Positions 11,150 through 25,366 of a stretch of 64,000 bases of DNA are shown piece after piece. Below the pieces are notes generated by a model. That model saw only the letters and a list, made by a program, of their open reading frames with translations, did no database searches and was not told the DNA's origin. Numbering within the stretch: the stretch's first letter is position 1; each line of letters begins with the position of its first letter. The DNA is from Takakia lepidozioides (taxonomy: Eukaryota > Plantae > Bryophyta), in the NCBI GenBank assembly GCA_030704615.1, contig CM060734.1, forward strand, positions 40,176,001 to 40,240,000. The letters are read 5' to 3'. The position numbers and the translations under genes are program-made.

Positions 11150-14100
11150 ATGGCCGCAGCGATGCTCTCGGGCACCCCCTTCCTATCGACTCACTCTTCT
11201 TTTTCCGACTTCGCTCAACAATCCCCTTCGTCTCCTTCTCTATTTAACCCACTGACCAGTCCTCCTCTCTCCAGAGGTGGTTACCTTCACACGAGGCCAG
11301 CCACTTGCGCCAGGATCTCGCCTTTAGCTAGCGAGAAACTACAATATCTACCACGCCGGTCTGCGAGTTATGTGTCTCCCTCTCAGTACCGTCCCTCTAG
11401 AAAATCCCACCTCAATTTGTCAATGCGTGGTGATCATTTGAATTCAAGGATTGGATGTCGGTCGAGAATGAGCTTGGGCATATCCTATTACAATCCTTTG
11501 CGGTTCAACGGTCGTGGTACCTCCATCGCCTGTTTGAGTGAAGGTTTAGTTGGGGGTTCACCGGGCTGCAGCGTTGGAGAAATTGTTCCACTCCATGGCG
11601 TGAACACCTATTGCAGGTCAGGATTGAGGCGCACCAGTCTGAAAAAGTTTCAGAGGAGAGATGCAATGAAGGAAGGATATACTGGGGACTTCAAGCCATT
11701 CGCAAGAGAACAATCTAGCGGTGGAAAGAGGCCCAAGCAGGCGAGAGCGGCATACATTTCTCCTCCAGCCGACCCTGGGTTTCTCAGAGTACCTGATGGA
11801 GATGAAGATAACTTTCAGGATGTTCTGGGCGCGGTTCCAGTGGCCCCTCGAGGACCTAAGCCTGCAATTACATGGGGTCTCATCGGTAGTCTTGTGTTGA
11901 AGCAAAAACTTCGCCTGGCATTGGCTGTAGTAGCCCTTGTTGGTTCGACGGCCTGTACCCTCACCATGCCTCTCTTCTCGGGTATTTGTGCTCCCCTGTA
12001 CCTCAAACACAGTGGATAATATCATGCTGACTACCAATAGACAATCTGGAGAAAATGGTAAAGTGTGCTATTTGGTACTGCTTGTTCTTCAATTGGCATC
12101 ACAAGCTGCATATTGAGCCACACATATTGGCAGGACCCTCTTGCCTAATCTCACATATGCTTGCTCTGGTTGCAGTGTAAGATGGATCATTCATACAGTT
12201 TAAATCATGCGTGTTTTGAGCTGAAAGTCGAGGTTGACAAGTTGAGTTTGAGTTGGCCAACTTATGAATCCTGGTAGAGAGCATTGAATATCGATGTAGG
12301 GATGTGATCACATGATGCTCGAATGTGGTTTAACAGGTAGGTTCTTCGAGACAGTGATTGGGGTACGTTCAGAGCCTTTGTGGGAATTGCTCTCAAAATT
12401 GAGTGTCATATATGCTTTGGAGCCAGCATTCACAGTCCTGTTTGTTACCAACATGGTACACGTATGGGAAAGTGTGATGGCCATTTTGCGGGCCCAGATT
12501 TTTCGCCGAATCATTATTCAGAAGGTGCCCACTTTTCTCCTTTTTCAACATTGTCTTCAAATGGAATCTCTGAAGGATGCAGGTCACAAAGCATATTTTG
12601 TGCTGCCATAGGAGGAGATGGAAAGAAGATTCATTCATGGGCACAGATGTTGGCATTGACATGGGGTTTTGCTTCTTGTTTGCAGGTGGAGTTCTTTGAT
12701 CGCCATAAGGTATGTAATGTGAACTCACCTGGCATTGCAATATTTTGTTTTGAGCCTATGTCCTCTAGTCCCTCCAGACAACAGAATGGCAAAAATAGAG
12801 GGCCTGTGCACTCTGCTTTTGACTGCACCTTTGCCATTTAGCTCCTGTGTGAGGGCCACAAGATAGAATTCCCCTCTTTCTCTAAAGGAAGAACCAAAGT
12901 GGAGGCAGGGTGGTTTTATTTCTCTTACCAGTTGATCTTGCACTTCTATGAGGGGAGAAACATGATAGATCCTTGCGGAGGGGGTAGTGTTGGCCTACTG
13001 TGGCCTGCCTCAGTTAGATTTACCTTGTCATGTATCCTTGTTAGATGCGCCTTTTCAGTCATGCTTACCAGCTTTCGCCTTTCATCGTGGTTTATGAGGG
13101 CTTCATGGCAGTATGCATGGCCAGGTCGGTGAGCTCACATCGCTCATATCGTCGGATTTGGGGACTGTCAAAGACATTGTGAATGAAAATGTCTCCCGGG
13201 ACCGTGGATTCCGTGCATTTTCCGAGGCAAGCTGGGCTCTCCCCTTAACATTTTAGGTTGAAATTGTGGACTCAAGGAGCCATTAAGGTCAGTACATGTC
13301 TTGGTTTATGGCCCGTATTGGAGACTAGCATACATTATCAACCCAGCTGTTGGCAAGGGCATGGCCTTTACCTAAGGCAGACCTAGTCTCTCCAGTTGGA
13401 CTTTTGCAAAATTTGAAGGTGACCAAGTCCCAATGGAAGGCAGTAGCCCTGAGGTGTGACGGAGGCAGTTCCATAGGACCCAGTCTCCTTCTTCTAGATA
13501 TGAGAGAGCTAAAGGCTGATCAAGCAAGGCAAGGTGTTAGGTGATGCAAGCCTCAGACATGGATAGGCCAAAAGTTAGCCAGAATTGCACATCCTCCTTG
13601 ATTGCTTAGTGGGCGGAGCACAGTTTCTCATTTTGTTTTTTGTTTGATGGCATGCCGTGGGTGAAGCAGATGATGAGTGTAATGGTCATTCTCTTCTTTC
13701 TGTCAGTCCAGCTTGCCCCTGTTCTTGGTGGACTCATGCTGTCCATCTCTGCCATCGTCGGTAAGTTTATCATGCTACTTTGTACTTCACTGGCCCTCTT
13801 CTCTCTCTTTCTCTGCGTGTGGATTCCACAACTGGCTCTGGGAGGGTGGGTTGTCCTTAAGGCCATGTCAAGGCCAATGTTCGCAGGGATCCATCCGATA
13901 CAATCTGGCAGAGCAGGAAAAGACTCCTGAAGGCTCGGCAGTGTCACTCCAACTGCAAGGCCTATACATCTAGCTCCACATCTGACATGCTGAAATAGCT
14001 ACTAGCTCAGTTGAAACTCCCACTGCCTTGTGTGCCTGTGATGACGGCAAGTCAATGCAAGGCAATGGTGATGCTACAAGTCTCTTTCTGGCCTGGCTCT

Positions 14101-17100
14101 AAGAGCATTATGTCGTGTGAAGTTATGTGGGAAGAGTTTTACTACTGCATGGGCTCCCAGTAAGGGCTTTTTGTATGACGAAGAGATCAACCCAAGCGGC
14201 ATCAAGGACCTGTTGGTTCCACAGACTTGAAAAAATCCTCCTGCAAACTGGTTGATGTAGTATAGAGACTGAGTCCCCTTTGATCCAAGCAAGACAAGGA
14301 CAGGCTGATCAGAGATTTCTCAAGATGTTCCATGTGAAAAGAATGTTGGGCACCACAAGCCAGCTTGAATCGGAAATACTAGTTCTACAGAGATCCTTTC
14401 CTTGTCATCTGAGACAAACACATCATCATGCCTTCCGAACTCTCTGCCAAGTTCCCAAGGTCCCTCTCAAGTGCGTTGGACAACTTAGAGTCAGTTTCTC
14501 ACACTGTACGGATTGAGACAGGAAGAATAAGATCCCTGGTGGTAATAGAATCTGTCAAACTTGTACCATTTGCAAGACAGTATAATTTCTTCTTCTCATG
14601 CCCTACCTGCAGATAGTGGTGTCTTTTTAGGGATTCCTTCTCTCTCAACATTTGGGTTTCATTTGTCTTCGGTTTAAGGGGCTCCCTATGGGTCCTCTAG
14701 GTCTTTCTTTGTCTTTCTCTCTCCCTCTCTCTCAACGAGTATGGTACAAGGTTAGGGCAAACTGTCTTGTGAGTACATTCTCTCAACGAGTATCATCTTC
14801 CTCTCCCTCAGATGTTCTGTTCCATGTGAACACTTGAGTGTGCGGTATTAGGGCTCGAGCACTCTGGACTGAGTACGGTGTGTCTCATAGATGTTGTATT
14901 TGGGCTGATTGCAGCAATATACAAGCGAACAACAATGCCGGTTTTCAAAGCACATGGGTTGGCGCAAGCTCGAATCAGCGAGTGCGCCGGCGAAACCTTT
15001 GCTGCAATTCGTACAGTAAGTCTATTACAGATCTTATGTGTTTGATGGTGAGTTACTGGTTGCTTTCACACATCTCTATCCCTCAAAATTTTCAGTCCCT
15101 CAGATTGGAACGTAACTGGGGTTGTACTTGTCTGTGGACATTTGGGATGTCCTGTTGTAGGTGCGGTCATTTGGAGGTGAAAGGCGACAAATGGGAATGT
15201 TTGATGAACAGGTGTGACGCTGCACTTTCCTATGCTCTGTGGATTCTATGGTACCTCAGGGTACACAATTTATGATGTTAGAAGTTGCCTGAGTTGGTCA
15301 TTGCACAGATAATTACTAGGAGGTGGAGGAGACCGGCATTTAGGGGCCTTTATCATGCGCAAGGTGCTCACAGAAAGCTGCAGTCTTTGATCACTGTGGT
15401 TTTGAAGTTCTTTTCTGAAATGAAACAGGTGCTGGCGTATCAAAAGAGTGGGAATAAGCTTGGGTGGCTGAAATCAGCCAATGAGTCATGGACACGGATT
15501 GTGGTCTATGTGTCACTGATGGCTCTCTATATTCTTGGTGGAAGCAAAGTGAAAGCAGTGAGCGACTACACCTTTACATGGAAGGAAACTTTGTGCTGGT
15601 TTCGTGGGTCCAAGTATGGTAGAAAGGGTCTTCCATTTGATTGAAGCGAGGGGAATATTAGTTCTATTTGGTTGTTCTCTAGACCTTTGGTAAGAAGTTG
15701 GAGAAAACTTAGTCGCTTGCCAGTATCTTCTGCAAGCTACCGACAAGACAAGGTCCTCAGGAACCCAGTTTATTTGTGTCCTTTGATGAGAAAGACACTG
15801 GGAACTCGTAGTCTCTGCTTGTCTGTGAGAGGGGTGCTTGCTGTATAAAGGATGGTAGCTATCCTAGCATGGTGTGACACCAATGGACCATTCCAGGGTT
15901 GAGGATTCTTTGAACATCTTGCTTAGCATTTGCAGCCTGATTTGATTTGTACAGTCACTTGAATTTTTGGCCAAATTATAGTCCCAGTATCAGGAGAACA
16001 TCTTATTGTCACCTCCTAAGTGACGCAAATAGAACATAACAGAAGCCTAATGTAAGGCAGTGATTCTTTTGTTGCAGGGGGAACTGGCCGTTGGTACCAT
16101 GGTGTCCTTCATTGGATACACTTTCACTTTGACATTTGCAGTAAGCCAGCATCATGTCCCGTGGCTACCATTTTGAAAGCTTTTCCTTGCTTGATAGGGT
16201 TGTGGATGAATAGAGCATGATACACTGTTAGGCAGAATAGGATGGAAGTGAGTGAAAAATGGACATCTTCAATTAGAAAAATATTAGTAACAAACCAGAA
16301 CACAGTAACAAAAATTAGAACGAAGAACACACAAATCAATTCAGTAGTTCTCAGTTTGTAAATTAGTTGTCACAAGTAAGGCTCCAGTTCACTCTGGAAC
16401 TGGATATTGAGGTGTAGAGAAGGCAAAAACCTCTGAGAGCGAAGGACTGGAAGGGGAGGCAGTGTTTATTCATCTTGTATGTCGAATCTAGCATGATTCA
16501 AGCCAGACAGAGCATGGCAGGTACAAGGTGTTGTGAACTCGCTAGCGGACCTTCGGGGCATGCTGGCAGCTGTGGACCGCATCAATTCAGTGGTGGCTGG
16601 TGCAGAAGTTGATCAGTGGCTTGCACATGGGCTAGAGAGAGAAGCCCGTGGGGAGCTCGAGAGCAATCGGGACTGTGCAAATGCCATGACGAATGAGGTT
16701 CTCCTTTCTGACAAGAATGAGACTGGACCCCATTTCGCGATGGAGGCAACAAACCTGCCAGCAGTCAAGTCACAGAAGAGCGTCTGTGAGCTAGCTTGGT
16801 CAGGAGATGTAGTATTGGAAGGTATGTCTTGTTACACAACCGAATCAGGTTACCATAGGCCCCAGTGCAGCTTATGACAGTCTCCTTGCTCCCACGCAAC
16901 TTTACATAAAGTGAGAAAAGGAAAAGCAGGATTGGAATCTAGGCCCATATGTGAGTGGGAATCCTTAAAGATAGCTAGTAAGTCTGTCTTTCTGGATGTA
17001 ATTTTGTACCATAACAGCATATTTGGTCTGCAGATGTACACTTTTCATATCCTTTGCGCCCAGAGGCAGGGGTGTTGAACGGAGTTACTTTGCACTTAAA

Positions 17101-19981
17101 ACGAGGCACTGTGACCGCAGTGGTGGGTTCTAGTGGAGCCGGCAAAAGCACTATTGTGCAGCTACTTGCTCGTTTCTATGAGGTCTTGTCTTGTTCTCTC
17201 TTGGATTGTGCCAGCTCGTGAGGATCTTAGTCTATGTCTTGATCTCTTTAATGTCGTACACTTGCCAGGCATCATTACACATCTATTTGATACCAGTCTT
17301 GAAAAAGGAATGTGCCTTATGTGAAGGAGCTTGGTAACTACACTTTGTGATTGGCATCCAGTGGCAGTATTCTACATCCCTCCGCATTGCTACAAAATCC
17401 ATGCAGTAACAAACCATAACACCCCATGATTCAGCTAATGTTTTCCCCCCTGTCGACCTATTTGACCTTTCATAGTCATATTCAGGCCAGAGGATCACAA
17501 TGATTGGTCGTCGCTTACAATAGGATCTAAGTTTGGCACAGTTCATGATTTCTGTTGTTGTATCTTGGCAGCCAACCAGTGGTAGGCTATCCCTTGCTGG
17601 AAGGGACGTACGGAAATTTGACAAGACCGAATGGGCTCGGGCTGTTTCTATCGTGAACCAGGTATACAAAAACTCTCATTGTGCCTTAATAGTACACACA
17701 ATAGGCACAGTCATCCTGCTTGTGAGAAGTACCATTCTCCCCCCCTCACCAGGCTTAGCATCATACATGTTCCTTATTGTGAATAATGTGAACAACTTTC
17801 TATGCTACTTGGCTGAATGTGGGTGCTGCAGGAGCCAGTGTTGTTTGCAATGTCAGTCGCAGACAATATTGCTTATGGTCTGCCCAATGAGGAAGTGTCC
17901 CGAGAAGACATCATTGATGCTGCAAAAGCTGCTAATGCCCATGACTTTGTGTCATCTCTCCCTCAGGTAACTACATGCAGGGTTTGGTAGGCAGATACGA
18001 TGGGCCCTGGTCAACATTCTCATCAATTTTGACTCTCTAGGAATTACTGGACAAAGTGTGCTTGGGTTTTCTTGCAGGATTGTCCTTTGTACTGTGGTCT
18101 CAGGCTATACTTTGTCGGTGAGTGGGCCATGAGAAAGTCCTCATGACAGCTGGCGGGTTCTAATCAGTGAGTGTTTTAGTGCTATTGTTTGGCTAATGAG
18201 CAGGCTCAGCATGTGATAAAGAGTGCTGGCTGTGCAGGGCTATGAGACAATGGTGGGAGAGCGTGGAAGTCTTCTAAGTGGGGGCCAACGGCAGGTAGGC
18301 ACTAAAATCCAAGAAGCTAATCACACCCAGTGAAGTGAAAATACTTGTGGACTTTGGTGTATGTGTTGAACATCAACTCTGGGCAGTAGAGGGCTGGTTG
18401 AACAGCGAAATTTTCAGAGAAGATCCATTTTGGGATCATGTAAAATAATATGGCACAAGGTAATCCAATTGCGAAACGCAAATGAAACTGGGGATGCACC
18501 GAGGTTACCATCTTGGGTGTTTATAAGGTCAAGTGTCTATTCCCTGGAGAGCAATTTCTTGGACTTCTGGGTAGAAAAGAGGGGTGACTAGCAGATGAAC
18601 GACCCATGTGCCTTTGCTATAGCAACTGATTTGAAGGCGGCATCAATCAAAACATGGACACCAGAGTTGTTGGAAACAAGTCTTCAGAAGTCAGGTCAAA
18701 AATTAATTCCCCCCAGCATTGTTTGTACAATTCAGGGTAAATGTTTCTAGGGGTTGTTGGTGGGCTGGCCTTTTGGGTAAGGCTCTGTTGTCAGTGATGG
18801 TCTCCATTTTGTGCAGAGAATTGCCATTGCAAGGGCGCTTTTGAAGAACTCTCCCATTCTAATATTGGATGAGGTATACCTCCCAAAGTTCTAGGTTTTT
18901 TTGGTTGCTATTTTGAGATTTGTACTAATGTACAAAACAAATTTACCTGTATGTGTTTTCATTGGCAGAGGGTAAGCTTTCTCAAGGTGTTGAGTTTTCC
19001 TATGCTCAGGGCACACAAGGTGGTACTGGTTGAACTTCTTTGGAAACATATAATAATTTTTGGCAGAGACTTGCCTTCTATCTTTCCATTTGCCACTACA
19101 ATCCTACATACTAGAAGCCCCCCTGGGAGTTCGATCACAGGTCACTGGAAGCTGGCCAGGAATGCTGAGCCAGCACATTCATTTCCTGTGCTTCACCTGC
19201 CCTTGTAGGTCTGCTTGGAGAATCTATCACCCAGTCTTTGGGTGCTGGGCCAATGGCAGATCACTTTCAACTTACTGGCACTGACAGCTGGCATTGCTTT
19301 GAGTTCTCTGGTGCCCAGGTTTGAAGGCATGTTTTACAAAGTAACTGGGAAGTGAGGGTTGAGAGGGCAATAATGTTGGGAGTTAATTCACATAATCTTG
19401 AATGGCATCTTCCTTATGTGCAGGCTACAAGTGCATTGGACAGTGTGAGTGAGCGACTTGTTCAAGATGCCCTCAATCGCCTCATGAAGGTCAGCCTTAC
19501 TTCCTACTCTGTTTCACATGATTAAATTGGCCCGAATCAATGGCCACAAGGCTACGGCAAACGTCGTCTTATGAGTACATTCTGTTTCACAGGATTAAAT
19601 TGGCCCGAATCGTAGGTATGTCATAAGATTGCTCTAGATGGAAAAATTGCTCTGAAATTGGTCACATGAGCTTCTAGACACTTTGTTGGATGCTTCTTAG
19701 AGATGCTTATGACTCGTCCTTTGTTTGCTTTCGAGGTCAATGCAATGGTGTCAAAGAAATGTGGAACTGTTTGCCCTTCTAAGCACTAACGCATTTCATG
19801 GGGTTGTTAGGGACGCACAACCTTAGTGATAGCACATCGATTGAGCACAGTGCAAGCTGCTGATCTAATTGCAGTATGCTCCTATGGGCGTGTCATAGAG
19901 CAGGGTTCTCATGCAGAGCTTTTGTTGAAGGGTGGCTCCTATGCTAATTTGGTTAACACTCAAAGGCTCACTTTTGAGTGA
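11150..19981 (+). CDS. ABCB28: ABC transporter B family half-transporter, ABCB28/NAP8-like, multi-exon, with long Ser/Pro-rich transit-peptide-like N-terminus
   Basis: Exons encode [10 protein letters not shown]|[58 protein letters not shown], Walker [22 protein letters not shown]|[14 protein letters not shown] and C-terminus TQRLTFE*. Confidence 0.93.
19539..19580 (+). mobile_element. 42-bp retroposed insertion flanked by a 31-bp direct repeat, in the last ABCB28 intron
   Basis: TCTGTTTCACA(T/G)GATTAAATTGGCCCGAATC at 19508-19538 and 19581-19611 flanks GGCCACAAGGCTACGGCAAACGTCGTCTTATGAGTACA. Confidence 0.7.
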
Positions 19982-21357
19982 TGATTTCTTATTAAAGTGC
20001 GAGAATATGAGGCCTTTTTTGGAGTTAACTATCTTGGCAGAATGTTGGTTTTGAGTTGTCAACGGAAAGGTCTTGTGGCTTGAATATGTGGAAAGAATTT
20101 GTGGCTTGAATATATGGAAAGAATTAGTTGACTACATTTTATTTCTATCTGACGGCTGAGAGGCCAGATTTCTCTGGAATCTTTATCTCCCTCCAAGAGA
20201 TCATTATGGGTTCTCTTTGCTAGAGCTTCATAATAGCTCCCATTAGTTTCAAGGCTGGGACAATACATCCATCCATCTCTTGCCAAACCTGTTCCAAAGA
20301 TTTCTCAGAGTTCTCAGAGTTCTTTTCTCTGTATACACAAAGCTAGTGAACAGTAAGAGTGAGAGTTTGGACAGTAGAGCAGCTGCCAGCAACCAAAGTA
20401 GGGGGTTGAGGTGCTAGAAAAAGCTAACACATTTTAAGAAAGACCTGAATCTAATTCAATTAATAGCCTTCTTTCTTCAAAGTTTTGATTCCACTCTTCC
20501 ATTATCTTTCTGTAGCCCTCAAAAGATCTATACCAGATGTTCACCCAATTGTGCCTCCAACAAGCAACTCTACGGAAGGCCGGTGGCTCTCTATATCAGT
20601 CCTTACTCACTAGTTCCATCACTAAGATCGCTAGTACAAAGATTCTTAAAACATGTCTATGGACAGAACTAAATATGTCTTCAAAATGCATCTTAATCTG
20701 CTCAAAATGCAGCAAAATAAGGACCATAATTACCACAAATAAACCTAACTCACACTTCAAGGTGCCGGCGGATGGATGAACAAAAGGACGATCAGTTGGT
20801 TGAGAACGTGACACCAGCTGGAGGATGGATGAGGAATGGACGACTTGGCTAGCAAATAGGTCCCATCCGGTATTACTTATTAGAACATTCAGACATGGGG
20901 TCACAGAACAGAGCTCACTCTCAAAGAAAAGGTTACTGTGTTGGAGGATGCTCTGAAACAAGAAGGGTGGATCTAATGTGACAGTAGTGTTGTATATTCA
21001 GAACATGATAGGACTTCCCATCTTCAGAATACCTTGACAGAGAATCGTAGTTCATCAAAGTGGGAGGATTGTGCACAGTTTGAGTGATGTGGCGATTTGA
21101 CTGACATTTGTCTTCATGACATATCACACAATACATGTATGCTCTCCTTGAAGCACATCTTTCAGGGCGTAAGGAAACTCTACTACCTTGTCAGCTGTTT
21201 TTATTCGAACAAGAACAATGTGACAAGAACAACTTTCCTGAACAGTATTCTGAAGATTTTCGGCCTCCATCTAACAGCTTTCGTCTCTAGGTAAACCTCA
21301 GTCACACTCGTGCTCAGATCGGAGGAAACCCATGCTTTGAACCGATCGATTGACCTA

Positions 21358-23498
21358 CTATACTTCTTGCTTGTGTTTTCCTTTTGACTTTTGGGCAGTG
21401 ATCGCTATGGCCAGGTCATTCGGGAAAAGAGAGCAAGAGAAAAATGCATGCTGGATTGTTAACAAGAATAGGATCAAAACTGTGACAGATGAGGTGAAAG
21501 AAAGAATTAATGCCAGGACCTTGGTGAGCTGACAAGTAGCTTCCTGAGAGTAGTGGATTGCGGCGATGGCAGCTGCGGTCATGGGAAACGTGTAAGCCCA
21601 CCAAGCAAATGAAAACCTGCACATTTGAGCATCGTTTAGAGCCTGATCTTTGTGAACGAAACTGAAGTACAAAACGCGTTCGAAAGACAAGTTTGTTTTC
21701 TAGAGCACACAGATTTTGAGGGAGAGAACAAGGCTGGCTGAGCAACAGTGATTGCCAGCATGGATTCATGCGAGGAGGGTATTAGAGAAATGATCAACTG
21801 GAAGATCGGGGAATTACGGAATGCTGCGCAGACCAAAATTCGCATTGGTAAGAAACACTTACCGAATTCCTCGGAAGAGGTTGATGCGAACAACGAAAGA
21901 TGTATAGAGGAAGAGAGCAACAAAGAAAACAATTTTTGAGACAACATCGAAGGTGCCTGTGATGTGCTTCCACGCCACACTGGCAGTGCTGGGGGCCGCC
22001 ACAAATAGAAAGAAGACCGGGTGGAGCTCTTTGGGCAGCGACTCGTTGGTCGGTAATCTCTGATAGAGAGTGACAAAGAGCACTAGATAGTGCGCAAGGC
22101 CCACAGCCCAGAAGAAGAAAGCTGCCTCCTTCCAACCTACACTTGCTCCCAGTAACGCGCCCACGAAGTTTCCCACGACAGATAAATGGGTGGATGGATT
22201 GGCCACTTTAGAGAGTCGTCTCTTCCCTCCCGAAAGCCACTGACCATAGATTTTAAGCTCCAGCAGGAGGATGGGAAACATAAAGACACACCAGAGTGCT
22301 GGATGAATAGAGGTTGCAATGGCAGGGGGCACTCCAAGTGTTAGAAACATCCCCGCAATCCAAGGGGCAAAAAAGAAGTTCACGCGGACGGGATGCTGGA
22401 ATTCTCGCTTTACAGCTTCGAGGTAGAATATTATCTTCAAAGTGTAGGTGGAGAAAATCAGTATAAGTGACAGTAGAGCCAGGCACCAGAGCGAGAGATT
22501 GATTGTAAGTGGCACGTGGAAGAACTCCCTCTCTGAAGTCATAGCAAGATCCTTCCACAAAATGGTTTGACTGCCGAGCCCCATACTCACACCAAAGCAT
22601 CCGATAGGAAAGCGAAGCAGGAATGGCCATTGCTCGTCGTTTGGAAGCAGTAGGTCCTCTGAGTCCTGAGGATGCAAAGGAGGATCTCGGGTCAGTATGG
22701 CGTACAGTATTGAAGAGTTACAGTGAGAATCCAATGCTGCCAACCTCAGGAGGATTTAAAGGCGATGAAGGTGCACAGGATGAGAAGTATGCAGGCTGTA
22801 TGCCACTGAATCCACCTTGCCGACTGGACAACCAGCACGGAATTTATGTGTCCGAGCACTCAAGCGAATCTAACACCAATTGTTTGATGTACATTGATGC
22901 ATTCTCCTTCGTTTGCAAAGTGATTACACTTTACTAGTTCATCCTGCCACTGTTCGTATTCAAAGTTCACAGAGGTACGCACCCTGAGGACTTCAAGTTC
23001 CAGTCCTTGTAGTGCTCTAAAGTATCGCCCTGCGCTGACTGCGGGAGCGCCACATTGTGGGGACTCCTTGAATTCCTCACCAGAATCGAGTCCTTGGTCT
23101 GAACTCCGTGCCTCATGCTGCCTTGATTGTGCGCGTGAGAATTGCCTGTCAAGTCCTGCGGGGTTGGAGAATTTTGAAGAGCGGACCGTTCGAAATAATT
23201 CATATGGACCTTGATTGGGTCTGATGCAAGAGCCCCAGTTCTGGTGATCTGGGCCAGAAGGCATGCTTGGGACCTGTTCGGAATCGGCACGACCTTCAGG
23301 GTTTGGCATTGCCGTATTTGCAGGTTGACCTAGGTACGAATGGAAGATGCTGGCCACGTCAAATGGGGGTGCAAAGTGTCATTGAGAGTCGAAATATTTC
23401 CCGCATAGGAGCTCGACTTGCTCGACCTTCAGCGCTGTAGAGATAGAGCAACTTCGCAAATGTTGCCAGCTACAAATACGACCTCGTGAGTTTCTCAT
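21358..23498 (-). CDS. SLAH: SLAC1/SLAH S-type anion channel; exons (23498 or 23309)-22983, 22665-21863, 21616-21358; start codon uncertain
   Basis: WPFLLRFPIGCFG, EAVKREFQHPVRVNFFFAPWI, YGQWLSGGKRRLSKVANPSTHLSVVGNFVGA, LYQRLPTNESLPKELHPVFFLFVAAPS, FSFAWWAYTFPMT; canonical splice sites. Confidence 0.9.
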
Positions 23499-25366
23499 TG
23501 CTCCTTTCTGGGTCTTAGACTCCAAGGTTCCAACGTTCCTAAATAGTGCAATATGAATCTCTGAGGAAGCAGGGAGGCCGCCATCCCTTTGTAGCTGGAG
23601 GGAAGAGTGACTTCAGCGAACGAAGTTCAATTCGGGTTTCTCTTCACAACTGTTTTAAAGAGGACTGTGGGTTGCTCGATGATCTCTCTCGTTTGGACCA
23701 TCCCTCAGCTGCCATCGCGTTTGCTCTGGGCTTCTGGATAGACTTGTGATCTGCTTATAAAATTGAGAAAATATAACACACAGGTCTCTAGAATATTTCA
23801 AACGAGTTCACAGAAAAGAGTTAACTAGTAGGCATTTCTGTGCAGAGACACACCTTTTCCACGTGTACAGATATGGCCTTTGCTTTTAGAGCTCCTTGTT
23901 TTGCTCAGTGAATGTGGCATCTTCTCTTTGCCTTAAACTTACTCACCTACTTTTGAGCTTACATTGTTTCTTGGCAATCGATGTTGAGTAAATATGGGAT
24001 CTGGACGACGACGATGTTGTTCACTTCTCTGGGAAAATCATAGAAGGTGTTAGGCCACCGTCCGAGTCGCAGGATCGATCACATGTCTGTACCTCAAACT
24101 AGACTGGCGACCGAACGTTTGGAGGTTGAAGAAGTAGGAGATCTCTGGAGTCCAGTCCAAAACATATCGACGTTTGAACCCATCCCTCCAAATGCGCCTG
24201 CATGAGAGACAATTTATCGATCGACCAGAGAGTGTGGATGCAGGCTAGTTTGGCATATTAGACTCTCACTTTTGTAAATGGTCCAACGATAAACAAGGGC
24301 TTCATTAATTCGTGGGAAACTTCAAATTTTTGTACTAGAAAAAATTTAGTGACTTCGGTGTTGTAAAGACCCTATCAATTCATTGCGTGGAAGGAACAAT
24401 CGGGTCTTTGTCGCACGCCTTTCTCATGCCTGCCTCGCTTCCAGCCAGACCAGTTGTGTAAGACAGGTTGGCAAATAGTGTTGGGCGAGGTTTCATGATC
24501 TACTCATGGGCCAGGCCGGACCACACTGGAAACATGCACATATCCTATTCTGTAGGGATGTCACTACATGTACAATGTAGAGCTCATATAAATTCATGGG
24601 CAGCGGAGGAACTCGTTCATGCCCACTGCTAGCTAGCATGTGAACATGATGACGAACACTGTGAACTCAAGATTCAGAATCAGTGCTTGGAAATCTGCAA
24701 GAGACAAGTTGGGAGAGGAGGTTTTATGTGCTTTGCACTACCTGATCCTATAGTCTGATCATTTATGCACACGATATATAGTCGTAAAATACTATGAGAA
24801 CACGAGCATATTTTCGCTATTCATTAAATCTGCAGCCCTGTAGATAGGTTTGCACCCCTCTGTATATCTCGGGGATTCTTCTCCACGCTGTAACCGATTT
24901 TGTGATCTAGAACCAAAGCCTGAAAGTCTGCTGTCATGCGCACTAAACAAGTTCATCCCAGGCCGAGAATTGAGAGAGAATTGAGCGAGAATTCCGATAT
25001 CAGAAAAGTCTATATTGTAAACTCAAAGCACAACCGTAGACCAAGTTAGATAGAGAGAGCTCTTCTTAACCAGCCGCAGGTGCGCATGTCAGTATACGCT
25101 CGATGATCCTATAATAATAGATCATCGGCACTGCGAGTAGTTGGGCAGGATTTATTTTGCACATCGAGAAACCCGTTCATCTCGCTGGAGTGGACGACTT
25201 TTCAGGTCCTAGTAAGGTACAAGTGAGCAAGTATTTAGGCGTCATTAACTAGCACTTAGACTCTTGTATCGAATCTTGTATTCGACCTTCCTGCGTGTTG
25301 GGGCACTCACGTACATATTGTATGTACAGGATGTTAGTCAGGACAACTGCACAAGTATATATTCTT

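Noticed and set aside
13330-14620. Possible DIRS/LINE relics in ABCB28 introns
   Set aside because: Only vague resemblance; no diagnostic motif or boundaries.
20200-21300. Minus-strand hydrophobic ORF fragments
   Set aside because: Cannot be assigned to a family; may be UTR or intergenic noise.
23860-23865. G-box/ABRE (CACGTG) upstream of SLAH
   Set aside because: Biologically plausible, but a single hexamer is expected by chance at this scale.
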